Assembly: GCA_012026655.1 (NCBI GenBank)
Contig: JAAILG010001482.1
Coordinates: 1 to 64,000 of the forward strand
Length of the DNA stretch: 64,000 nt
From: Hydrolagus affinis
Taxonomy: Eukaryota
Reading direction: 5' to 3'
The number at the start of each line of letters is the position of its first letter. Position 1 is the stretch's first letter. The translations under genes were made by a program, and so were the position numbers. Below, in pieces: positions 1 through 12,125 of the stretch. The notes beneath the pieces were generated by a model. The model was not told where the DNA came from. It saw only the letters and a list, made by a program, of their open reading frames with translations, and searched no databases.

Positions 1-414
1 AAGATAATTGCGGAGCCTGGCAATGTTGCGCAGGTGGAAGTAAACGGTGCCGGTCAAGGTGCGGATGTGGGGGAGGAAGGAGAGTTTTTGGTCGAACATG
101 ATGCCGAGGTTCCTGATTGGCTTTGTGAGGTGGAGAGTGCAGCCTTGGATGTTGAGGCTGGCAGCGCCCGATGTGCGGAGGCGCTGGCTTGAGCCGATCA
201 GGATGGCCTCGGTCTTACTCACGTTCAATTGCAGGAAGTTGTCCCTCGTCCAGGACTCAATGTCAGACAGACATACTGTCAGAACATCGATGGTCTGGGG
301 GTTGAGGGATGAGGCAGAAAGGTACAGCTGGGTGTCGTCCGCATACATGTGGAAATTTACCCCATGTTTGCGGATGACATCGCCCAGAGGGAGCGTGTAA
401 AGGGTGAAAAGGAG
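1..414 (-). mobile_element. 5'-truncated L2-clade LINE, reverse transcriptase region, continues off the window
   Basis: Uninterrupted 138-codon minus frame LLFTLYTLPLGDVIRKHGVNFHMYADDTQLYLS...NFLQLNVSKTEAILIG...RNLGIMFDQKLSFLPHI...YFHLRNIARLRNYL. Contains the YADD catalytic motif and L2-type downstream motifs. Confidence 0.95.
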
Positions 415-743
415 GTGTTCTCAAATATTTAACTAATCTTGCCAAATTGATGGTGGCTGAACAACTGTTAGATAAATCCAGAAATTGTCAGTCCATATTT
501 GAACCAATCCTTTCTTTGCCAAGGCACACAACCATAAAGACCATTATTGCTATCTTTCTTTTGTATTTTTAAAGTTTTTATTTCCTAATATTTTGTTTCT
601 GGAGTATCGTGACATTTCTATCAATTGCACCACGTCATCACATTCTAGGCTGAAGTCAGATATCTTAACACAAAGTTAAGTGTTCTATAAAATCTCCTGC
701 TATTGATTCACAGGTATTCTGCAAGAAATCTCATAATTAAGTA

Positions 744-810
744 AGCGCCTTGGAACGTCCCCGTGACGTGAAAGGTGCTATTAAATGTAAATTTGTTGTT
801 GTTGTTGTTT
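744..810 (+). mobile_element. L2 LINE 3' tail fragment
   Basis: agcgccttggaacgtc...gacgtgaaaggtgctat-aaatgtaaatt(tgt)n. The same tail recurs at about 7690-7757(-), 17028-17085(+), 26255-26320(-), 27878-27932(+), 52885-52945(-), 53365-53425(+), 58318-58387(-) and 62920-62975(-). Confidence 0.75.
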
Positions 811-1074
811 TATGTAATCAATATGCAACCTTGAATGCATTCAGGCTGCAGATTTTCTCTTGACAGTTGGCAGTTCTGTTTAACAACTACTTCATATTAA
901 GTGTGTTTGTGATGGAGGTAAAATCTCCATTTTAAGTATATCCTCTTTGCCCTGCAAGGTGAAATGCTCAACCTTCATTGGGTGATTGGCAACATGACCC
1001 AATAAATTGAACTTGAATTTTACGTTTTACTCGCCATCTGTTTGTGAAGACGTTGCAGTTATTTCACTACTATT

Positions 1075-1455
1075 TAGTTGACACTCCAGTACTGGGGAGG
1101 GGGGGGAGTGGGGGAGTAGGGGGGCACTGCATTGTCACAGGTGCAGTTTTTCAGATGAGACCTCAAACTGAAATCCCTTCTGCCTGTTTGGGCTGGATGG
1201 TAAAGATTCCATGGCAGTACTTGAAAAGAGAAGGGACTTTATCCCAGTGATGAATAAACCCCAGAATTTTTTTTAAAAAAGGCATTAACTTCATGGTTGT
1301 TTGTGGGGCATTTGCTGAGAAGAAATTGACTGGTTTGTTTGCCTAAAAATATACAGTACAAACATTTGTGCACTTGACAAAAAACTCATTGAGATTGAGT
1401 GCTTTGAGATATTTAATGTAATAAATTGCTATACCAAATGCAAGGATTATTATTT
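1075..1455 (+). mobile_element. Deu-core SINE (SacSINE1/AmnSINE1-like), degenerate
   Basis: gacactccagtact...cactgcattgtcacaggtgcagtttttcagatgagac...aaagattccatggcagtacttgaaaagagaagg is Deu-domain-like, followed by the shared 3' tail caaatgcaaggattattat. Confidence 0.75.
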
Positions 1456-4400
1456 TTATTATTTCACCCACAAAATACAGTCACTCCACTTTACAGTATG
1501 TTCTGTGAAGCGCTTTGAGATGCCTCGATTACATGATAAGGCACTATATCAAGTGCAAGGATTATTATTATCATCACCCTTGATGATAATATTATGGAAC
1601 TCTATGGATCCACCCTTGAATAATGAAAGGTGCTGATAAATATGAGAAAGAGTCTGAAATTTGCAAGAAACTCACCCAAAATTCTAATCTATTTAATTCA
1701 TTTTAATTTAGTTTGACTGCAGTCTATAGTTGCTTGAATCCAGGTTATGTACGTGTCGAGAAAGATTCAAATCCTGGATTTCATTACCATTGTATGACCT
1801 TGAAATTGGCATACAGGTTCAGTATTTAAACAAAATCGGTTATGCTTAGCCTTACTGTATAAAATCAATTTGGATCAATATTTCATTTGGCTCTGTTTGA
1901 ATTAAAAATGCTACCATAGTGTAAGTGGGGCTTGACCCTTACAGGGCTGCAGTAGCATTTCAGCACCTAAATAAATAGAAGATTAGGATTTGTTCTGTGA
2001 GTAATTCCCCAAATGCTTTGAATTAAGTAATGTGCTTTGTTACTTTGTAACCCTCCGTCACCAGAAAGTTAATTTTTACAGATGTTTCTACAAAGGCGAA
2101 ATACGTACATAAGTTATTTTTGAAAGCAGGGGAGTCTTTCAATATTTGAAAGGTTAAAGTTCCATTAGAATCAATGTGGTCTCGTACTAATTTATTCCCA
2201 AATACAACATGGTTCCAGTAACTGCAGGGGCACAAAAATCACCCGCTGTTCCTGTAGCTTTAGGCCACTGAGACTTTGTTTGATCTGGTCTGCCCAATGT
2301 TCAAAATTAAAACTTTCTCAGTAGGCCGTTTGCCTTCTTACAGAACTTCAGTTGTCTAGTTAACAAACACAAAATTACTATGGAAACCGTCATCTGCCAA
2401 TTCTTCCGAGTGGAACTTTTTGAACTTATTTTTCTCCTCTCTCCCTTGGAATGGAACAAAATGTGGGTGGACAAAATTTCCTGTGGGTATGTACTGTACT
2501 TCCATTTTTTTCCCCCTGTAGCTTCAATTGAAAATAAAATTTGATGTACAAGGATATTCAATTTATTAAGTCACAGTTTGGTTCATTCTGGCACAAAGGG
2601 AATCCAAGTGTTAAAGAGTATCCTGATGTTCAACTATTTATTTTCCTAGGCGAGCAGCAGCATCTAGTCTGTATTTATTAAATTCAGGGGAAATGTTATT
2701 TGTTGAGGAGAGCAGAGATGAATTGTCAGGATGGATTATGTTCGGCACTGCGTGCATGATGTGCTTGGGGTCGGGCAGTATTTATGTAGAATTTTCTCAG
2801 AAGGGACAAACCACAACAAATGTGGGTCTTGTGTGGTCTAAGGATGGACCAAAACTCGATAGACTGAACAAAGTTTATCCACTACAGTTTGTGTCACGTT
2901 CTATAACAAGACATACTGAATACTCAAAAACTTCAGTAAATGCATCATGACCTCTATCTTAAAATCTAATTATTTATAGATATGACTTACCAAGATGAGT
3001 CTATTGTAGGTGAGAGCTCAGTACTCTGAAGATTCTGAAGTCAAAGACAAGAGTCTGAACAGAAGGACACAGAAGACAGAATCCTAAGTTAAGATAGAAA
3101 GACATCTTTAAATGCCTTATCAAATTGAAACGTCTTAAAGCAATTCTCAAATCTAGTGTTACTCTTGGGCAAACATTACTTTCACATACTATCACATGAG
3201 GTGAATAACCAATTAATAATAACCCTTGTATTTGATATAGCGCCATGTCATGTCTTCAAGAAGTCTCAAAGCGCTTTACAGAATATACTGTAAATTGAAT
3301 TATCTGCATATTTTGTGGGCGAAAAGTGGTAGTCAATTGTGAACAGAAGTGTCGCATAAATAGTCTTGGATTGAGTGACTGAATTATTTTCTATGACAGC
3401 ATAGCACTGCCCCAGCTAGATATAGATAGGGCTTCATCCCCCAGCCTTTTGATCCATAGCCAAGAGTCTTTTCATTCAGTCTTGCTAAAACAAAAGTGAG
3501 AGTTTGGCTAAATATAAATAGGGAAGGATAAATATGGAATTGTGTTTCTTTCCAAACGTGCACTGTGCACCTTTCCTTTCTGGGGAATTCATTGTTCCCA
3601 ATGAAGTCCAGGAAAAGAATGGGAAGGCTTCATCTGATTGATCACATGGGATTGATACTTCAGTCACTGGGATATGCACGTGTTCTGGCATTCCTGTCAG
3701 GCTTTGATTTGCGTCATTTGATTTACTGATGATCTTACTGTAGTGTTGATTGGATTGGGGAAAATACAGTAACATCCACATTGAAACATCCAGATTATGA
3801 TTACATTCTATTGTTTTTTGAAATGAGAATGGAATCCATTTATTAATAATAATAATAACCCTTTCCTTTGATATAGCACGTTATCACGTCTTCAAGAAGT
3901 CTTAAAGTGCTTCACAGGATAATCTGTAAAGTGGATTGATATTTTGTGGGTGAGATGTGGCAACCAGTTTGCACATTTTGCAGAAGAATGATGAGTAGAG
4001 GGAGCTCTGGGCTCTGTTTTACTTGTTTTACTTGAATTAATTCTTCTTGAAAAGTGTATTTATTTCCTTATTTGCATTAGATTGCTTTGCATTGTACTCA
4101 TAACTGCTGGTATACTGTAATTCTGTCATTCATGGCAGTAACTGTACAGATTGGAATCTACAAGGCAGTTTTTATATTAAATTTTTCAATTACTGTACTG
4201 CATCAAATTTGGATGGTGGATTTTGTGTGACAGACTTTCCAATCCATGAAATTTTATTTTTGAACATTACTGTGACTATTTTGTCATTTATCTGTGGTAG
4301 ATTTTTAAATTGATGATTTCCAATAAATAGAACCATATGTAACTGTGATTTACTGTATGTTCGCCAGGAGGTAGGATGCATCAGCAACATTATGCTCAGC

Positions 4401-4549
4401 TGCAGAAGACAGTAATAAACTGATGTCTAACTAGAACTGGCTAGAAATTCTACAAATTACACCTTAAGCTTTATGAAAGAAATGTATGTGCATGCAAACA
4501 TATATATACATCTATTTATATATGCATATATGTATAAATATGCAATCCT

Positions 4550-5290
4550 GATAGGAATATGTATTCCTGAGGTGTAAACAAGTTCATAAATAGGGAAACG
4601 TGGAAGTGGGATAAGTCTACAAAAAATGTTCACATCATTGTCAAGGTCAAAGGGTTTCCCATGTAACCATACCAATGCCTCATCTGAAATCCACCGCCTC
4701 CAGCTGTCTTTAATTCATTTTTCTGTAGCTGGCATATATGTCAATTGCGAAGTATCATTGTATTGTTTTCTTTTATCCACTGTACATCCTAGTCAGTGAC
4801 CACAACCAATTTCATGGCCCAAAGAGCGCCTGTGGTTTGTAATCTTTCAAGCGAAATCACAGATGTACCCAATAAAAGACATGTCTTTCATACATGCCTG
4901 TTTGCAGACTGGGCAAGACACAAAAAAGTTGTCTCTGAAATAATAGACCATTTGGTGATGCGTCATATTGAACAATTTTCAAATTTTTTGGCATATCTGT
5001 TGTCTGACACTGCATGGAACTTTATCACCGTGGTTAAGTGTATCCTAGTCAAACATTCAGAATTCCACATATGTACGGATGGAACAAACAGTTGCAGGGC
5101 TCAGGATATATGTGCAGCATTTGTTCGGCTAGTTTCTATAAACGAATCCATCTCACACATTGGTCTCGCACACTGAATAATTTGCATTGAGCCGAAAACA
5201 TTGCATAGAAATGTCTTCTGTGGTGGGCACAGAGTGCTAGTTTTTTTTGGCTCATTTCTTCACCTGCAATCACCTTTCCTTACTAGACAT
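4550..5290 (-). pseudogene. Possible decayed ORF of unknown origin
   Basis: One minus frame from ATG 5290 joins two track ORFs (5270..5467 and 4457..4675). Its 11 stops are 8 TGA and 3 TAG, with no TAA. No homolog recognised. Confidence 0.3.
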
Positions 5291-5624
5291 AGTGACTGAT
5301 GCCTCTTGTACAATAGGAAGCACATCTGGAGAGAACCTGGGCATACAGACTGTGTAATACTCATGGTATGTAAACAGACTTGAGGTCCAAGACGTTTGGA
5401 TGATCTTGAACAATTTCAGGATCAAAAACATAGCAGAGAAGTGAAAATGTAAATGAACAAAGTCCAATTGTGCTGACTATGTCAACTACGGGGAGGAGAC
5501 TTGGCTCTGGCACACCTTGAAGATATGACAATAAATCAAACTGAACTCTGTGGATCCATTAGGAAACATCTATAAGGATCCAGAGAATGAGCTATTGTAT
5601 TCTCAACAGAGGTAGCATTCAGTA

Positions 5625-6050
5625 CAATGCAATTTATATTTATATAGCATCTTGCACATTGAGAGGGTGTCTCAAACCATTGGTGGGGCATCCGAGCTGG
5701 AGGTTTGAGCTGAGAGGGTGGGGAGGGGACAGATGACCAAAAGCGCAGACACTGTAAATCCTAATCAATGACCACAACCGATTATTATTATTATTATTAT
5801 GATGATAAGCGCGGTCAAAGAGTAATGTTTTAAGACATGCCTTGACCGACTGAGGGAATAAGTTGGATGTATTCTGGGATGGAGTTCCAAAGAATGTGGG
5901 CAGAATGGATGAAGGGGCGAGAACTCATGGATCTGGCAAGTGCTCATTGAGCAAAGGATGGTAAATTGGAGGAGATCACAGAATTATATTGGGGCAAGAT
6001 TGTGGAGGAAATTGAACTTAAAACTGGATTTTGAGCTTGGAATGGGGAGC
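5625..6050 (-). mobile_element. L2 LINE 3' region, degenerate
   Basis: L2 tail at the left end and purine-rich antisense of the L2 ORF2 C-terminus (ggagttcca, ggagatcacaga, ggattttga), resembling 34507-34924. Confidence 0.65.
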
Positions 6051-6126
6051 ATTCAACCACACAAATAGGATTTTCCATTCTGGATTGCCATCATGTATCT
6101 AATACTCTCTGGAATTAAGTAGGCTG

Positions 6127-6225
6127 GGTGCTACATTCCATTCCAGTTGCAAGGAAATTTCCACATGCAGGTAACATACATATTTAGAATTATGTCTGAC
6201 CTGGAACATGGCTAACCAAAAAAAA
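6127..6225 (+). repeat. Unclassified interspersed repeat, copy 1
   Basis: gtgc-cattccattccag...ggaaatttccacatgcagg...ggctaaccaaaa; similar to 11993-12125 and 33171-33308. Confidence 0.6.
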
Positions 6226-6620
6226 CTTAGCGAATCTTCAGCTCTGCTTAAACCACTAAACTGTCATAAGTTACACTGGCAAGTTGAATTCAGCAGACTT
6301 ATGCAGTAGACTTTAACTGTGTATTGTAGCCTTTAACAATGTTTTGACTTCAACTTAGCAAAACAAATCAAATCAGAAGTGTTGTAATTTAGCAATAAAG
6401 TAATTTTGTATTCTGAAGTTAACATTCATTTTGAATTATAGAAGCAAAATCGAAATGATGGAATATTGTTTTTCCTGAATACTAAACATGGCATATCTTC
6501 TTTGGCAATTTTATGGTTTTTAGTTATTTAAAGATGCAATTTGGTGCTGCAGTTTCTTGCGATTTGTACAGTTGACAAAATACGCTGATTTTGAAGAATT
6601 CTGCTATGGTTGAGTCTAGC

Positions 6621-6820
6621 ATAGAATCATAGAAGAAGGCCATTCGGCCCATCGTGCCTGTGGCTGTTCTTTGAAAGAGCTACCCAAATTATTCCACTTT
6701 CCCACTCTGTCTCCAGAGCCTTGCAAGTTTTTTCTTTTCAAATGTGTACAATATTCAATTCCCTTTTGAAAGTTATTATTGAACCTGCTTCCACCACCCT
6801 TTTAGGTAGAGCATTCTAAA
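6621..6820 (-). mobile_element. CR1-type LINE 3' end
   Basis: atagaatcatagaa tail repeat followed by ggccattcggcccatc, typical of shark CR1 3' ends. Related ends at 19245-19322(+), 49224-49365(-) and 55087-55260(-). Confidence 0.7.
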
Positions 6821-6857
6821 TTTGTGAAGTATTTGCATTACAATTTGAAAAGAAAAC

Positions 6858-7030
6858 TATAATAAATTGGTCATTGCAATCCACCACTCTTTGTGGGACA
6901 CTTCTGTGCCCAACTGATTGCCGCATTTCGCCCACAAATATACAGTCAATTCGCTTTACAGCATATTCTGTGAAGCGCTTTGAGAGGATGTGAAATGTGC
7001 CATATCAAATGCAAGGATTATTATAATTAT
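6858..7030 (+). mobile_element. 5'-truncated copy of the tRNA-Val-headed SINE
   Basis: aattggtcatt...tttgtgggacact...ctgtgaagcgctttgag...tatcaaatgcaaggattattat. Other truncated copies at about 1463-1572(+), 3215-3390(-), 3845-3975(-), 10605-10755(+), 19110-19210(-), 32325-32425(+), 35741-35938(+), 36525-36740(+), 37335-37460(+), 50495-50600(-), 54715-54785(+) and 61060-61207(+). Confidence 0.85.
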
Positions 7031-7317
7031 AAAAGAGGAAAGGTTCATGTTCCTGCATATTTTCTCATCTTTTTAAGCAATATGCTGACCTTGTATGAGA
7101 AAATATTGTTCCGTAAGCTTTCCTGTTTGAAAGCCATGCAGGCTGTTACATTCTAAGCGAATTCAAGTGGCATAATGTTCATCACGATATGTAAATATTT
7201 CAAAATGGAAAAAAATGCTCAATTGAAAGTCCATGGATTGCTTATGCGATGGGGGCTCCATGTTCTTTTGCAGCTATTGCGGCCCATAGTTGTTTGCTGA
7301 ACAGATTTATTTTAGTT

Positions 7318-7655
7318 TGAGGGTTCCAGCCCCACGTCATGGACATTAAATTTACACACTCTGGGCTGACACTCCAGTGCAGTGTGAATTTTGCATTGTC
7401 AGAGCAGCTGCCCTTTCAGGTGAGACATTAAATTGAGGTGCCGTCCATCTATTGAGACGGATGTTATAAGGATCTGATCGTACTAATTCAAAAAGCAAAG
7501 GGGAGTTTCTCCCAGTGTCCTGGCCAACAATCACCCAGATCAAGTTGGTCATTCATTTCATGACTGTTTGCTGTGTATAAATACAGTATCAGTCACTGCA
7601 TTCTCCACATTTTGAGATGTCCCGACAATGTGCTAAGGCACTATATCAAATGCGC
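7318..7655 (+). mobile_element. Deu-core SINE
   Basis: ggctgacactccagtgcag...gcattgtcagagcagctgccctttcaggtgagacattaaattgagg...ggggagtttctcccagtgtcctggccaac, followed by the tail. Confidence 0.8.
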
Positions 7656-7772
7656 TGAGTACTGACCGGTTATTATTTAATGCCAATCTACAACAACAAC
7701 GGCAAAATTACATTTGTATAGTGCCTTTCACGTCAGGAGGACGTCCCAAGGTGCTGGACAGATACTGCTTCA

Positions 7773-7837
7773 TTCCTTTCTCCATGGATGCTATTTGACC
7801 TGCTGAGTTTCCCCAGCAACTTTTGTTTTTGTTTCAG
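7773..7837 (+). mobile_element. Penelope-like terminal repeat fragment without the hammerhead core
   Basis: ttcctttctccatggatgctatttgacctgctgagtttccccagcaacttttgtttttgtttcag matches the reverse complement of 56163-56228. Confidence 0.7.
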
Positions 7838-8576
7838 TACTGTATTGTTATTTGTACTACTGTATTTTTAAACCACTGCTTTTATATTTTAAAAATTGAT
7901 ATAATGGGGAATGCATTTTAAAATTTATTCACAATCGTCTCGAAATCTCATTTACATTAGGAATATCTCAGAAGTGCAGTGTTTTTCTATGGGTTAACAG
8001 CCTTAGGGTTTTTTTTCTTAATAAAAGGGAAATTTGTGAGGCAGACGGCTCCATCATTGACAATAGGTACTATTGCACCTTATAAGTTAAACCTTGATGA
8101 CTCAAAGCAAGAGTGTTTGGAAATAAAAAATCCAAAATATCAAAAGAGTAGTGATTTTTCCAGCAATTATTTAGTATTTAACTTTGTTGCCAAATCTCCA
8201 CCGGGTAAAACAGTATTAAAATAGAAATGACGTCAAATTACCACTGTGGGGGCAAAGCTGCTTTAAACACCTTTAAATATAAAACTGTACCTACAGTACT
8301 GTATATACAGAGCTATTCTTTTTAAGCATAACCTGTTGTGCCTAATGGAACTGACTTGGTGTACAGTAAACCTTTTGTGTAGCTCTTAGAATAACCCTTC
8401 TGGGTTTGGTTCTTTGTGTGAACAGATGCACAATGGCAAGGGGGAATAGATTGAAATGTTGAGTCGGGGTTAGAAAGTTATCCAGAATTTGACACATTGA
8501 CGCTTACTGAGAAATGTTAAAGATGTGATCAGGTGCTCTATCAAATGCAAGGATTATTATTATTATCTGTAAAAAA

Positions 8577-8877
8577 AATCCTTGCATTTGATATAGCGCT
8601 TTACACGTCTTTTAGATGTCTCACAAAGTGCTTCACAGAATATACTGTAAAGTGAATTGACTATATATATGAGTGAAACGCGGCAGCCAATTGCACACAG
8701 CAGTGTCCCACAAACAATCACAGGTTGAAATGACCAATTTATTATTGCCTTTTTTTGAGGGATTATTATTAGGCATCTGGAGTAAGAAAACTTACCCAAG
8801 GTTTCGTCCTGCCTGGAATCGAACCCAAGTCTCCCGCTTGTAAGGTGTGGGCTGTAACCATTGAGCTACAGGACTCT
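8577..8877 (-). mobile_element. Full-length tRNA-Val-headed SINE
   Basis: Reverse complement starts gagtcctgtagctcaatggtta (A box), has ggttcgattcc (B box), then the shared body and tail. Confidence 0.9.
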
Positions 8878-9013
8878 GCAGTCATCTCCATATATCTCAC
8901 TCCAAAAGACACTTTAGCTAGGCTGACGTGGAATCCGGTAAAATCACACTGGTGTAATAGGCAGGTGATGTACAATGATGTACATTTCTGGATGAAGCAG
9001 AGATATTGTTATA

Positions 9014-9241
9014 CAGTAAAAAGCCGGTTATCCAACACCCTCGGGACCTGACCAATGCTGGTTAAAGCGCCTGCCGGATATTTGGCCAAAAACGCAAAAA
9101 AAAAACCTCCAAAAAAACACTTTTTTTTTCAATGCATTTTTCCGGATAAATTCTAGTTAATCGAATGTGAACCTTTTACTTGCAATGCCGGTTATACGGA
9201 AGTTACGGTTGATCGGGTGCCGGATAAACGGGCTTTTACTG
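9014..9241. mobile_element. Tigger/pogo-like (Tc1/mariner superfamily) MITE, 228 bp
   Basis: TA at 9012-9013 and 9242-9243; TIRs CAGTAAAAAGCCGGTTATCC...GGATAAACGGGCTTTTACTG. Confidence 0.9.
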
Positions 9242-9399
9242 TAATATTAATCCACAAACATTTGGAAAAAGCACAGTTCACATCAGAAGGATATCCCAAA
9301 GCACATCATGGGATCAATTTTAAAGTGTAATGACTTTTTTTTTGTAACTTTTGTGTAACTTTACACTTTGTATTTGTCACTTTGGCCTAAAAAGACATT

Positions 9400-9895
9400 A
9401 AGTTGAATATTGATAAGACCGAGGCCCTACTGCTTGGTTCCTGTCAGCGCATCCTCGTTCAGACCCTGACAGCATCACTATTTCTGGATGTACTCTCCAC
9501 CTCACCCGTCACGAAACCCCAAATCCAAGCCATGACCCGTTTTGCCTTCTCCGACCTCCACAACATTGTCCGCCTCCACCACTACCTCTCCACTCAAGTG
9601 CCGAGAACTTTATTCATGCTTTAGTTACCTCGACTACGCTAACTCCCTGCATTATCCAACTGTTCCCTCCACAAGCTGCAGATTATTTAACACTCTGCAG
9701 CTCGTATCCTCTCCCACACTGATATCTATGAGCCTATCATCCTCATTCCTTGCCTGGCTCCACTGGCTCCCTAACCCCCAGAGGAATAAGTTTTAAGAAA
9801 CTTATCCTCACTTTTAAAGTCCTCCATGGTCTTACTCCTCCCTACCTCTGGGACCTGCTAAAACCTTCCAATGTGCCTGATCCCTCTGCTTTGCA
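9400..9895 (+). mobile_element. L2 LINE ORF2 fragment, degenerate
   Basis: Broken frames give LNIDKTEALLLGS, LHNIVRL, LDYANSL, LHWLP and FKKLILTFKVLHGLTPPYLWDLL, all L2 RT C-terminal motifs. Confidence 0.85.
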
Positions 9896-10789
9896 GGTAC
9901 TGTACAGTGGGAATTATGTGGTACAGAATGAGTGATGAAGATCTGATCGTTTAGGAGAGATGACATTTCAAATTATGTATGAATGTTGTCCTTGTGAATG
10001 TAATAAAATGTAATAAACAGGATTATCTACTGTATGTTCTGTGCATATAATAAGATTTAAGATGATTAATTTAAAATAAGTGCATGTAATGGAGAGTAGG
10101 TCTGTTTTGTACAGTGCTTTAACATACAGCAATGATGCTATGAGGTGCCTTTAGAAAGTTGGCTGCATTGTTCAAATGCCTTCAATGGGGATTTTGGTTA
10201 ACCAGTTTAAGCTGCTGCAGCTACAAACATAATGTTGTTTTTATGGTTGTTCATGAAGATGATTAGCTCCATGACTGAATTGTCGTTGAAAAGCTTTAAG
10301 ATTTTCAAAATGAGTTCTGCATATCAGAGTGCAAATTTAGAATTTTTAAGTATCCTCCTTTACAGCCAACGTTTTTGGCCCTGGATTACAGAACTGATCT
10401 TGAAAGAAAGTTTACGTTTCTGAAGCATTGTTCAGTTATGGAACTAAAAGTATTTTCTAGCTCCATGACAAGATTGTGAAAATATGTCTAACCTACATTC
10501 CTGGTTAGGACATTTAAAATGAAGTGACAAAATAAGGGGGATGGGGTAAAATTTGGGGGCCTTGAACCCTCTCTGCCACCTTGAAAAGAGAAATCTCCAT
10601 CTACCACGACTGTTTATGGCATATTGCTGTGTGCAGTTGGCTGCCGCACTTCGCCCACAAATATAGAGTCAGTTCACTTTACAGTATATTCTATGAAGCG
10701 CTTTGAGACGTCTAGGACGTGAAAAATGCTATATCAAATGCAAGGATTATTAATATTACAACAATGAAGCAATGAAATTGCAATGAAGG

Positions 10790-10870
10790 CATTACATGAG
10801 CCCAATGAGTTGATCAGTGGCAAGTAAAATTTAACAAAACAAAATGTGAGGTGATCTATTTCAGTAGGAA
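10790..10870 (+). mobile_element. CR1 RT fragment
   Basis: tggcaagtaaaatttaacaaaacaaaatgtgaggtgatctatttcagtagg reads WQVKFNKTKCEVIYFSR, matching the CR1 WQMxFNxxKCxVxHxG motif. Confidence 0.65.
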
Positions 10871-11019
10871 ATAGTTGCATTAAACATTGAGCCAGCCAGC
10901 CTGGCAGCTGACGGCATCAGCCTGCCTTAGTTCAAAGCACTATCATCCTGTTCAGTGAAAAGATCTGAGTTGAGGAAAAGAGATCAATACCATGTTGGGA
11001 CTTTGGACTCAATTTTGAG

Positions 11020-11225
11020 TCCTGCGGGTGTGCTGCATTGTGGAAGCCTCCATCCTTCGGATAAGACATGGAATCGAGGTCCCATCTGCTTGTTCAGTTA
11101 GCACTATTCGAAAAGAGAAGGGTGTTTCTCCCAGTGTCCTGACCAATACTCCCTCAGATTAAATTAGTCATTCACTTCATGACTTGTTTGTGGGACATTG
11201 CTGTGTGTAAATTAAATCTGCCTTT
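11020..11225 (+). mobile_element. Deu-core SINE fragment
   Basis: gtgctgcattgt...cttcggataagac...gaggtcccatctgc...gcactattcgaaaagagaagggtgtttctcccagtgtcctgaccaata. Other fragments at about 11520-11760(-), 12130-12285(-), 16500-16665(+), 45610-45850(+), 46790-47030(-), 49915-50140(+) and 58480-58605(+); isolated heads at 22228-22262 and 33756-33812. Confidence 0.75.
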
Positions 11226-11992
11226 GTGTTACATTGTGTGCCTTAATCCACAAAGACATTCAGCTAATCCAGGACAAAATATTCCTGAAACCTTTATCGG
11301 AAAGTAGGATTTCAGAATATACAGTACTAAGAATGTAGAAGCTAAAGAGTAGATTTATTTTTGTAAATGTTCAATGTTATGTTTGTACATTTTTATTTTC
11401 CTGAACAATTACTATGTGTTTTTCGTCAAAAATATTCAGATTAAAGTTTCAAAAAATTCACTTTCAACATATAAATTAATGTTACAGTATGTTATGAATA
11501 AAATAAAAATAATAATCCATTCACTTGGTATAACACATTATTATGCATTGAGACATCTCAAGGTGCTTCAAACGATATACTGTAAGGTGGTGTGACTGTA
11601 TGTTTATGCGTGAATGTGGCAGCCCACAGTGTCCATAAACAGCTATGAAGTGAGTGACCATGTTGGCCAGTGCATTGGGAGAAACTACCTTCTCTTTTTG
11701 AATAGTGCCATGGGACTTTTTACATCCGGGTGGATAGGCAGCTAGAGCCTCAGTTAAAGTATTCATTAGTTCATGTACAAAACAATTCAGCATTTTGAAT
11801 AAGTGCAATTAATAATCCTAGTATATGATGGAGCACCTTCCACTTTGGGAGGCTGTCTCACAGTTCTTTACAGGATTTACTGTTAAGAGTAGTGACTGTG
11901 TATATTGTTGTAGACATATGATTTGCATATAAGAAATTTATGTTTCCCACAAACCTGTCAAATAGACCTGAATAGGATGCATCCCTCCAGGG

Positions 11993-12125
11993 AAGAGTGC
12001 GCATTCCATTCCAAACAGGGAATTTCCATGTGTAGCTGACATGCATGGAACTCTGTCTGGTTTGCATACTCTTTAAGGATAGTGACGGGTTTCTGCATGT
12101 GTCCGACACCTGGCTGACCCAAAAC
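11993..12125 (+). repeat. Unclassified interspersed repeat, copy 2
   Basis: agagtgcgcattccattccaaacagggaatttccatgtgtag...tggaactctgtctg...gtttctgcatgtgtcc...ggctgacccaaaac; aligns by eye with 33171-33308. Confidence 0.7.

Noticed and set aside
47-400. 117-aa plus-strand ORF
   Set aside because: Antisense shadow of the L2 RT frame.
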